Assembly (NCBI RefSeq): GCF_000150275.1
Contig: NW_002060945.1
Coordinates: 2,999,172-3,063,171 of the forward strand
From: Trichoplax adhaerens
Taxonomy: Eukaryota > Animalia > Placozoa
Direction of reading: 5' to 3'
DNA: 64,000 bases
In this document: positions 11,343 through 23,020 of the stretch, one piece after another
Layout of the letters: the number at the start of each line of letters is the position of its first letter
Position numbering within the stretch: the first letter of the stretch is position 1
Notes under the pieces: model-generated
Databases searched by the model: none
What the model saw: the letters and a program-made list of their open reading frames with translations, nothing else
Told to the model about the DNA's origin: nothing
Translations under genes and position numbers: made by a program

Positions 11343-14300
11343 CTACGCCTGATTTGCTCCCGTATTCCAATACTGAAAATTACTCGATCCCGGTTTAGAA
11401 GACTGTTTGTTTGATTGATTATGTTGTTGGTTTTGTTGTTGAGATGCTTCAATTGGATGAGGTTGTTGCGATACATGCGGTACCATAAATTGTTGAACAT
11501 AACCGGCTGGCACAGCCGCAGCATGTGCTCCATGAGCAAGAGGCATATTTAACTGTGCTGGCGTAGTACCAAATTTATCGTATTGATTCTATATGATATA
11601 ATAATCAGAAGCATTACGAATACGGTATCAAAATGGATTGAACATATTGTCATAAAGACTTATGTGGGTATGTAATATGTCCGCACCTGCTGTACTTTAT
11701 AACTTTGACTCGCAATATCAGAACCTAAACCAATAAGACGAAGATCTCAAATGAGTTTCGCTTTCCACATAAATAAATCATTTTAAGGAGAATAGAAAAT
11801 TTTTAACGCATTCATTTAACTCTAACCGCTATTAGAGTTCGATTTATTTTGAGCCTGAGGATTTGAACCGGCAAAACCGTTCTTTGCTTGAAAATCGTTA
11901 TGTGCGTTACCTTCATCATACCCTAACAGCATACATAAAAAATTTACAAATCTTCCTACAGCAAATAATTAACAACCCCAAGAGGCTAATGAGAATTAAA
12001 TTCAAGTACCTTGCTGACCGCTGAAAGTATTATTACCTAGATACATGTTTCCGCCATGAGATTTCGATGGCATCTGCATTAAACACAAGGGAACTATTTA
12101 ACGACAATTATCTAATCAAATCTACAACTCACAAAACATACCCCATATACCGGAGCGTAAGTATGGAATGAGCCAGGCATTACACTTGGATAGTATACAT
12201 TCGGAAAAAATCCCTGCGTCATCGCTGGATTAACATAAGGAGGTTGTTGTGCAGCAGAGGCAGCATGATGTGGTCCTCCTGTATTCACAATAAATAAGTC
12301 AACTAATCTTACAAGCTAATAGTATTGAGATAAGCGTTAGCTTCGATAAATCAACTAAATCCTAGAACCTTGCTGCTGAGCTTGAGAAATTGACGATGAA
12401 ACCGGCGATGAAGTATCGACTCTACCATATTTATTACCAGATTCGTTACCACTAGAATAATTACCAGCGGTATTGCCCATAGCGTCTGGCCGCATACCGT
12501 ATTGTTGAAATTGTAGATCATAATAAAGGTGAGGCTAAAGAAAGAAGTAGTAATTTACGAGATACTAAGTGAGCTGTGAAAGCTATATATGTATATCGCT
12601 AATAGGAAAAGGATCATTCATGAAAACCACTAAAAAGGTAATATTGCTTAAAAATACTAACAAAAGGACCCATCCTCTGTGACATCATGGACATATCTTC
12701 ATATCCGTATCCAAAATTCTATTCGTATGTAATAATCGTACACGTTAAGAAAACAATGAATTTTTCATACGAGAATAAGGTAATTAAGTAAATTAGAACA
12801 ATAGCTTGTAGAGTATTTAATGAATACATATATAGGCTATACCGCGGGGTAGGTTCCCGGTAGCATTCCAGGAGCTGCACTAAAATAATATGGGACTGTT
12901 GTTGAGACGTTTTTGGTACCTAATGTTATATTTTATAGCAATTAGAGAAGTGCAATAAATAAAATCTTACGACATAACAAAAAAGTTACTATTGTAATTA
13001 AAAAATCAATCAAGTTACAAATTACCAGTCGCAGGTGTACTAATATTTTTGTAGTTTGGATTATTCACAGACGTTGGATTAACTACATTGTTAAATGGAG
13101 TATTTGCAGAATTTACATTGGCCGTAGTAATAGAGGCAGCAACAGTACTTTGAGTACTCGCAGCTAAAGACGAAGTAACCGATATTGGTATAGAAGCGGC
13201 ACTATTCGATTTAGAAACATCCCCAGCTACTGCAGCAGGCTAATAGATTGAGAATGATTTAACTTCACAAACATGGCTATTATCCATTTAATTTAGCGAT
13301 TATAAAATTATATAATTACAGTTGGTTCCGGTGCCTGCAAATTTTGTTCACTATTCACTTGTGGTGTTGTTTCCTTAGTAATATCATCGAAAGTTAGACA
13401 TCGCGATTACATTATACTACATTATTTGCACTTACATAACATATCCTTTAACGAGTATGATTACCTTCTGCGGTTTATCAACAGTTGACACTTGAAATTG
13501 CCTTCCAGATTGATCAACTGAACCAATAGGTGCAGTAATTGGTGAAGAAGCTGAAGATTTATTCCTATTAGTAGGTCTTTCAACCGGTCCTGGAGCAACG
13601 GTGGTGGTCGCACTTGGAGACATCGATTCACTAATCACAGACATCAACAACAATAAGTCATACGATTATATTTTAATAAACACTATTATAATCATTACTT
13701 TGGGACTCCCGATTGCAATAGTTTCGTTGTAGCATCCTAAAATAAAATTTAATTTAAGCATTTTTTCAAACACTTAACGTAATGAATAACAAACAGAAAA
13801 CATGTACCACTTCAGGACTAGCGGATCCGAAACCAAATTCTAAGTTTCCAAACTACATTGTATAGAAAACGAAAACCAGAACATGTTTATAATTAAAATT
13901 GCACCACTAAGATGTAATCTTTCACATGTACCTGTAAGCTTAATGATTCCACAACATTATGAGGCATTTCAACAGGTTTTGATGGTAACTATATAAATCA
14001 TATCAACGTAATGTCACCTTTACATGTTAATTCAGTATTACTACGAATAATCACTGTTGTTCATAAAAAATACCTCAACTTTTTGAGATCGCTTAGATCT
14101 TATTGGTTTTGAATTTGAATGTCTTTGTTGTTTAGTGTGATCATATGATCTATGAGAATTAGCTTGCATTCCTTTTTCGTTATCATTTCCTTCTAAATAC
14201 TGCTTCTTAGATGGCGACGAGATTGCAGCCAAAGGCTGAGGAACCGACGATGCGCTTGGAATAGTAAGATCATCAGATTTAACTGAAGGTAATTCTTTTT

Positions 14301-17300
14301 GTACCTGTTGTGACACTTTTGCTAAAGCAGCAAGATCTAGACTTCTGTAATAGAATAAATTTTCTTAGTATGCTCCATCTAGGCAAAATTAGATGATTAG
14401 ACAGAAAGCAGCATTACTTATCGTTACTTAAATCCGGTAAATCTGATAACACACTAGGTCCATCTGTCTTATTATCACTCTAGAAAATGAAATCATAGCA
14501 TTATTTCAAGCTGATGCTTGTATGGGCCAAAACGACACGGTTCGTTAATAAATTGATTGCAAATACGAATATTTACCCCATTTTCGTAATCCCATTTACC
14601 AGAACTCTCTGCAGGCCATTGACTTTCCATACCGGGGGGTACACGATAACGATCTTAAGTTTAATAATACAAAAAAAAGTAGCATTTCATGACATGGTGG
14701 TATTTCGGAAGATAGTATCACTATAGTAAATAAGTAAATAGATACCATTATCAGTAGACGAGCTATTCGTATTCCATAAATCCTCTTGCAAATTAGTATT
14801 CTTTGAAACATTCTGAAAGTTATCAGATACAGGAACAGAGGCATCGTCTTTACGCTGTTGTGTCAATTCCTTTGTTCGATTGCTGGATTTCAGTTTATTA
14901 GCAAGATTTTCAGTTTTTGACCAAGTACTAGTTTGAGGTTTAGTTGGCACATTCCGCACTAATCAAAAATTTTCGATACATCGTATGTCAACAAATAGCT
15001 CACTTAAGCAGTGTTTTTCATATAAGTTATCAAACAAACCTCTTCGATCGTTTGTTGCAGTGTGTATCGATGTCTTACTCTCTTTAACAGGCTCCGATCT
15101 ATTTCCGATATCTGTATCGATAGACTTTGTCTGTTGCCGTTCAGATTGGCTAGAAGCGCATAAATTAATTTTATGTATTAATATTTTTAGCTATACACTA
15201 CTTTTCGTTCGGAAAGCATATCATTATATAGGTATAATTTCATCAGTAGTTAACTCGTGTATCTTCATAGCAAAAATGCTAGGCGTTGGATTTGCTCAAT
15301 TGCATCATTTGATTCAATGTCAGTTAATTATTTTAAAAAAAAACTAAGATAACATACGAAGTAGGCTGTTGATCTCTATTGGAAGATGAAGTAGGAGGTC
15401 TTTTATTTTGCTTGGTTTGCGCAACTGCAATATTAAAACATTAAGCGTAAATGTGTTGTAAGCTTGTAATGATGCAGGAAACTCACTTAACTCACTTGTT
15501 TTTTAAGGTAATTACCCATTAATGGTATTACAATACTAACTATTAAATTAATAAACAGCAATACATAATTACATTTATTATTATCGTTACGACGGCTTTG
15601 AAATTGGACGGCACCGCGACCGCCTCTTCCTCGTCCGCGTCCGGCACTTCGAACATCGTTCGTTTTATTTTGTAATTTCTCATGATTGTCATTCTGTTCT
15701 GTATTGTTATCTGTTTTACCAGTGCGCCCTAATCGAATTTTAAATAGTCATCTTTTTTTGCCGCTATTCGTTCGGTAATAAAAGATCATTACTACTTACG
15801 ACGATCATATCTTTTGTTTGTTCGACCAGGCTTCGGTCGATTATCATCTTGATCTTTATTCGAAATCTGATTTATTTCATTATTCGCTTGGCCTTTCTTT
15901 TTCTTTTTTCCAGAGGTTTCCCATTCCTGTTATTAAGATTAGGATAGAACATTTTTTATCACTTTTAACGTTTTAAAGGAGCTACCACAGCACTATGCTA
16001 TCGTGAGGATTAAATACTTGTAATTGTTACATACGCCGAATTTATCAGGATCGAGTAAAAGATTTATTGCTTTATTTTCATCAAAGTCGCAATCATGCAT
16101 AGCCATGGCCACAGCGTCTTCCGATCTACTTGTAAACGCCATCACCTGTATGCCACAAGAAAAATTAGCTGCCGTTCTAAACAATTAATCTAAAGTAGCG
16201 CTATGACCTAGTGAATTCTGCAGTTAATGTATTCCTAGTTTTTACGATCCATCGAAACTAGTTATTATGTTCGAAATAAGACCAGAAATCGTTTTTCATA
16301 AGAATACCTTTTCAATTCTTCGCTGTTTATCGATATCATCCGTGCTTGCACTATTCAGCTGCTGCAAGCGTATCAATTCTGCTGTTACCTATAAATACAA
16401 AAGTTGAATTAAAAAAGACTTTTATTATCACAACAGTTAGAAAATAATCGATAACTTGGTATTGTCAGCATTTACTAAAAAAATCTCAGTTCATATCAAT
16501 ACAATATAACTATAATATCTCTTCCAATTTTTCCCGATCATTATCAATGCATGTATACCGTATATCACTCTAAGGCCAAAAACGACTCACTTTTAGGATC
16601 CTACTTGCAAGTAGTGTATGTCAACAATAGCATTGAAAGAAATGCCGATCTAGTTAACGTTTTATATCTTTCGCTTGAGTTTTTAACTTCACTATTTATG
16701 CTCAGTAAAGATTTTATTTTAGGTTGTTATACCAAAATAGTCTATGCTACAAAAATGCATTCAAACTACAGTTATAGCTTAAACTTATCCAATGTCAAAC
16801 GTTCTAATGAATACTAATACAGTATTGTAAACTAATTTTTTAACTACATGACCAAAAATCAATCCAACGGTATCAGTTATTATCAATACGTGTATTTATA
16901 AAGTAGGCCATTTCATTGCAGTAGTAACGGGTTGTAGTATTTTATCGATAAACTAGCTTAATAAGCAATTTAATATGAAACTAGCTAGCCTAAGTAGTAA
17001 TAAATGTTAAATGTTTCACTGTCAATCAGATTCATCTTTACATTACAGTACAATTTCTTTTAAACCATAGCATGATCAATTAATTATACCTTCTTAACTA
17101 TTAAACGACATAATGTCTACGCTAACTAGACATAACCAAATTGATACTAATGATGAGAAGGTCAGCAATACCAGATTAAACGAACAATTTTATCAGGGTT
17201 ACGAAAGATTTTCTTCAAATCCACAAAATTTATAACGTTAAAATTATGTATGTATCATACGGCATACGCTTGACAGTATTAGCATACTATAAATAGTTAA

Positions 17301-17706
17301 GTATAACAAATGGTATCAAGGAAATCACTCGATTTAATTGACATCGCTGTTACACGTTACATGTACAAGTACAGACAGAGGTTGGAAAATGCTTACGGTA
17401 AGGAAATTATTAATTTGACACGCTGTATAAGTTACAAATAACATCATTAATAAAGTACTGCATCAGAATCACGTCAATTTAATTTGGTAAAACAGGAAGA
17501 TGCCCAAGAATAAAAAATCAGTGTCGATACTATTCAATCATCAATAAGTCAATAACTATCAGAGAATACGTAATGCAATTACAACTAATAAAAATCGCTG
17601 CAATTCTCAGAATTTGTAAGCATACCTTGGGTGCACTGCCAACGCTTGTTTTGCCACTTTGCGGCGGGCCGTTCCGATTTGTTACAGCTGTTTTACCGGA
17701 GCTCAT
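11343..17706 (-). CDS. UBAP2L: Ubiquitin-associated protein 2 / 2-like (lingerer/NICE-4 family), stress-granule scaffold
   Basis: Many short exons. UBA-like VMAFTSRSEDAVAMAMHDCDFDENKAINLLLD + EWETSGKKKKK (about 15890-16150); RGG box GRGRGRGGRG (about 15610-15645); family motif LPSKPVEMP..LQFGNLEFG (about 13810-13990); Tyr/Pro/Gln-rich C-terminus ending ..FQYWNTGANQA*. Confidence 0.9.
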
Positions 17707-18460
17707 AACGTATGTATTTAAAGTAGTTATATACAATCGAGTAGATTATATACAGAGGATCAATCTACGCAAGATGAAAAAACCCAAAAAGTCAAATTAA
17801 GCTTAAGCGACGAAGTACTAAAGTCAGAATGACTACAGTGAAAGAATCAGTCTTTTTATAAGGAAATGATCCATTTTATAGAACTGTACTATAGTGCTTG
17901 ATACTGTACATGGTTTATCGCATAACCAAGTAGTAAGTACACTGTAACATCTCTACTATATTAATAGAACATTCTATCGAAAGACACCATTAGCATCTGC
18001 TACTAGCGTACCCTTTTATGTATTACGAAACGTTTTAGAATATCCCCCCAAAAAGAAAAAAAACACCAAATGTATGCGCTATTGGCGACATATTTCCTTC
18101 AGACAAGCTACAATTATGGGACTGTAGGTGCTGTGATATACTTATTAGTATAATACCCACTTAGTGCAGACATCCCCATTACCCAATATCCGTTAGTCAC
18201 TTGTCCCCGATCGGAGCGATCAATTTAGCGATTGAGTGCCGCCAGCCAGAAATGAATTGCAACAGGCGAGAGTACTAAATTCACCGCTCTAAAAGCAGAT
18301 CATGATCGCCACTAAAACGGCATTTGTAAAATGGATTTGATTCCGACACTTTTCTCTTCAAAGAACAATTTTATGTACTGGATTTTACGATCCTACTCTA
18401 ACAAATCTACAATAGTACAAATTCAAGTCTAAAATGTGGCGAAAGTGGGTTGCTTTCTGC

Positions 18461-18473
18461 GGGGGGGGGGGGG
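18461..18473 (+). repeat. G13 homopolymer near the presumed UBAP2L promoter
   Basis: 13 consecutive G in an AT-rich background. Confidence 0.9.
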
Positions 18474-18480
18474 TTCTGTA

Positions 18481-18690
18481 AAACAGTACAGTACAGTATC
18501 AAATCGTCAGGTGACACCACTCACTGCGATTACCGCTGACGTGCAACTGGGTAGTGTCATTCTGTACAGTACGTACGATCAGAGACAACGAGGAACAACT
18601 ACAGTAGGGTACAGTGCTGTCGTCCGCTAAGTTGTTGTACGTGTAAGTGTACCGTACCGTACCGTACCGTACTGTACTGTACTGTACTTA
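18481..18690. repeat. GTAC island upstream of UBAP2L, including (GTACC)4(GTACT)3
   Basis: Direct reading: acagtacagtacagta at about 18483 and gtaccgtaccgtaccgtaccgtactgtactgtactgtac at 18649-18687. Confidence 0.85.
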
Positions 18691-18744
18691 TCGAAAGCTT
18701 GCCGACAACCAACCAGTGGCTCTCGCTGTAGCCAACCAAATCAG

Positions 18745-18753
18745 CACTTCCGG
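18745..18753 (-). promoter_or_regulatory. Candidate ETS-family site CCGGAAGTG
   Basis: CACTTCCGG on + strand matches the ETS consensus and sits next to a GTAC island upstream of UBAP2L; function untested. Confidence 0.3.
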
Positions 18754-20779
18754 AGTGCCATGGATATCCAATACAGATAGTATAAGCGTACGTCACATAG
18801 GACACATGATGGGCATCGACGCTGTCGAATTTTCATATTTGTTCAATTATATTAGCAATAATTTTATCGACTCTTGCATGGTCCGTCAGTTTTTGATAGG
18901 AGTGATGTCGAAATGTAGCGATTTTTTCCAGTTTCAGTTTGTACTTATCGCCGTATCACGCAACTACCGCAAGCTATCATCAATCTTAATCATGGTGAAT
19001 CAAAAAAGTGATAGGCCTTATCAAAAAGATTCTTCAGATCTTCAAAGTGTTACTGCTTCCTTTTAACTTCATAGACCAAGCTTCACTTTATGTGTCCCAC
19101 ATTTGTACCATTAATTAATTATCAGATAAATAGTTTCTAATTAATTCAACTAAAATGAGAGTTTACTAACTAAGTTTCGACGTTGTCCAACTTTTTTTAT
19201 ACAACTGAGTATGCACTAAACTAAACCTTGCAAACACAACCACTTTAAATGCCATTTTTCACTAAAGTGCTATCAGGGAATGCACCTGCGTAGCGTTTCA
19301 ACTAGCCATACAAGAGTGCTTATTAACCAAAATACAGTAAAATATCGCAAAGGCAAATACTGCATAGCAAAGCACACGACCATAATAATCGATCATGCCA
19401 ACACATCGCACTTTCCCGTTGTTAAACAACTTGGAGTTAACGGTTTAACACTTATCAGTCTTACCATGACAGTGAACGGCATCAGTGCATAAATACTTTG
19501 AAAAGTATCATAGGATCAAATCATGAAGCTTTCAACCCGATAATGTACGCAATACAGTACTTATAATTATGATTCAGCATAATACGCGTATTATCACATA
19601 ATTATGTTAACATTTGATGAAATTGACTACTCATACATCATAAATGGATTCATGAATATGAAGATAAATTTATCCATCCATAAATAAAACGAAGGATGCC
19701 GTTAAGAATGTAGCATAATTACAACATGAAATGACTTATCCATTACTATAGTTAGATGAACGATTGATTGATCAAGCAAATGTAGAATGATCGTAAGTAG
19801 ACAGAAACAAGTATCACCCCTTCCCTCCACTTCTTAAGAACGTTAAGCCAATTTGATCTTTTATAATGACTACAGTACTATTGACTGTAACAATTCGAGC
19901 ACGCTTATCTCTCAGCTACTCCTAGCATCGATAAAAAGCGCATTGGCGTAGTTCTCCCCATTTTCTTTCCAGAACATGAAGTAAATATGCTCAATTTTAC
20001 AGTTTTAATGCAGGATTGGCTAACGAAAACAGGAAAGTGCTATTGGAGTCAATTATGTTTTGATAGACTTGGTCTTAAACGACACTGTTCAATCGACCAA
20101 CGTGTATACTGTACGGTACATGGAAAGCCGCCGTTATCGTTCCGTGCAAATTGCATTGTATAAGACCTACAATTCGTATGTACTGTACTGTTCGTAACAG
20201 TATATGATATTCAATCAATGTGTTCGCATACGTGCAGTATACAGTACCCAGTCTATTCTATTACATAAGCTAGAATAGCATTGGAAAAATGAAGCACTAC
20301 TGTCGAACTACCCTAATTAGTGATGATTTTAATTTTATTTGGCTCATAAGGTACACCCACTAATCCCAAAGTCGTAGTAGACAGCATCAAATTGTAGTGA
20401 ATTTACCACATTCTACTCGCGCCGCATCGACACAATCGGATGTGCTTAAAATGTAGGCATAACATAACAGGTTAACGTCAAATCGGAGTAGTACTGCTAT
20501 ACCAGTCTAGCAAGGTTATTTTTACGCCATGAACAACTAGACTAAATTAAACTAACCAACTGTAAGTAAGAAAACTGTCTATGCACCAAGCCATAATGTT
20601 GAACAATTCAAAAGCATGCTAGCGAATACAGTCACAGCAATGGCAGCCTGTCCAATCGACATTGGCAATAAAACGTTAATCCAAGGTGACGTATAACGGT
20701 AAGGCAAGTCTTCAGTACAGTAGAGCTATCCACTAGGTCATGAATGGTGCAGTAAAGTATTCTCAATGATTTATTACAT

Positions 20780-21510
20780 TAATCACAGTACGCTATGCTA
20801 TCATCAACGTGCACGTACAGTACATACTGTACTGTACTGTACGTATTTGTAGACGAACAGCAGTGTACACTCTACTGTACTGCACAGTATGCTCTTGAAT
20901 AGCACATTTCTGGCGAAAAAGATTCAACATTTCCATCAAAGAAATCAATCTAATTGCATTTAATCTCTCTAACTACATATCTTAGAGAAGAACAACAGTA
21001 CTTTCATAAATACCACAGCATTACAAACAAGCAAATAAATGGAGGATACAAGAAGTGACAATAAATAACTTGCTTACCAACAACAATGTCCGCTAACAAC
21101 CCTGTCGGAGAAATAAATGTGTCATACCGTGCATGAATTTAAAAGTGGATTAAAACTTTCGATCTACTGTACTGTACTGTACCGTGGCTCAACTGTTGTG
21201 TAATATAGTGTACTGTACTGTACAGTACATACTCTACAATGTACAGTACTGTAGGCTACCATAGAAACAGTACTTACTGTGCTGGACTGTACAGTGTACA
21301 GTATGCTACTTTACAGGACTGTACTGTACTGTATTTCAAACTGACTTCGTCACAACTATCACGTGTACACATACTGTTGACTACTGTCTGGATTTACTGC
21401 AGTTCGACTAAATTTTCGTCCAGTCAAATTAACATCCCTATTCGGAAGTGTACCGACAGTACTGTATTCAACTCTATTGTACCATAGTAGTACAGTACAG
21501 TACAGTACAA
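20780..21510. repeat. Orphan GTAC island (TACAG/TACTG arrays) in intergenic DNA
   Basis: Dense gtactgtactgtac and gtacagtacagtac runs at about 20810-20885 and 21165-21510. Confidence 0.8.
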
Positions 21511-22520
21511 TGAAGCGACAGACCTGTCTTGTGCATGTTAAGCACATAAAAAAAAAGATTAAAAAGATTACCGGTTAAGATTTAGTCCATGTGCAGTAAA
21601 CAAATAACAAGATTTTGATGATTTCTAAGTCAACTATCGATATAGTGTACTCGCAATCTGATGCATGCGTTTCATGCTAAACTATCAATTTTATAATCTT
21701 AATGAAGCAGTCCACTTTGAGAATGATCACTAAAATCAGGACTCAGAATTGCTGCGTCTTAGCTTGTCTTTACCGGTGATACAGTATACTAGTACTAGTA
21801 TACTTAGAATCTGTATGCTACTGTACACTCAGTGCACAGTAGACCAGCATTTTTAACACGTCATTTCCAAAACAGCCTAAGTGATATGTTAAAAGTGCCG
21901 AGGTCTAAATCATACAGTTGTCACGTTCAAAGCTTGACCGTGAAAACGTCTATAAATTACATACAGTAGGCTTTGCATAACGGTATTTATAGTCTAAAGG
22001 CCTATACTTTCGCTATTTGTCTTTATATTGATGCTTATACTATTCAAGTAATTAACTGCTTTTGACTAAGCTCAAGTAGAATCGTGTTTGAAATATTTTG
22101 CATGAGTTGTCATTATCTAAACTCGTTTAGGTTATCTTCATCTAAAGATTTCTATAAATATGAAACTTGGTTGAGATGTTCGAGAAAACTTCATGTTTGC
22201 TTAGTAATCAACTTTAATTACCGTATACGGTTATTGGCTGTTTTTGTATGAGACTAGTCATAGAGACGATCTAGTACTTAGTTATCTGCGGTTTATAAAC
22301 GCTCAGAGATTTAGTCAATAATGAATTCAATTCTAATTTATAATATCTCCATACGTCACTAAACATACTCTATCTTAGTTATGTCAGATTGAGAACTTTA
22401 CACTTGTGCAAGTAAAAAGTTTTTGCTTTAATTACAGCTTACGCTGATCAAAACTGCTACCGCAATTCTAAGCAAGGTCTTACTGTTCCATTATCGCGTG
22501 ATACTCTCGTGCCTACTCCG

Positions 22521-22566
22521 CAACCCTGACCACTGCTACCCTAACTCGCCTAACCCCAACCTTAAA
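22521..22566 (+). repeat. Degenerate (AACCCT)n telomere-like tract
   Basis: caaccctgaccactgctaccctaactcgcctaaccccaaccttaa. Confidence 0.4.
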
Positions 22567-23020
22567 TACCATATTTCAGGCCACTGTACACTGTACAACA
22601 CCAAAAAATGACTCAAATATTATTCTTAAAAATTTCTTTAATCACAAAATATACATTAATTCAATAGCTCACATAAAGATTTTAATCGTAATCATGTCTA
22701 ACGTGCAAATCTGGCAAATGAACTAAAAACAATAATTTTTACAAGTGATCATTATAATTGTGACGAATAGAAATTCATTTAAAGGGCAATCCTTCTCAGT
22801 CAACGACTCGCTGTACACGAAATTTTAATAGTATATAGGTACAACGCAGTACGTACGCCCATAAGACGCATACCATTGGCTGTCTTATTCTAACAAGTAG
22901 CAATGCAATTTACTATACGTTTAGCTCAAAAGCATCGTAAATACACACTTAACCGTAATAAAGTCGTAGTTAAGTTGAATACAAATGATAACTAGCATGA
23001 TAAATACACCAACACCATTA

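Noticed and set aside
17463-17544. C/D snoRNA-like box arrangement on the sense strand of UBAP2L intron 1
   Set aside because: Imperfect box C, no closing stem and no rRNA complementarity that I can recognise; it would need snoscan or small-RNA data
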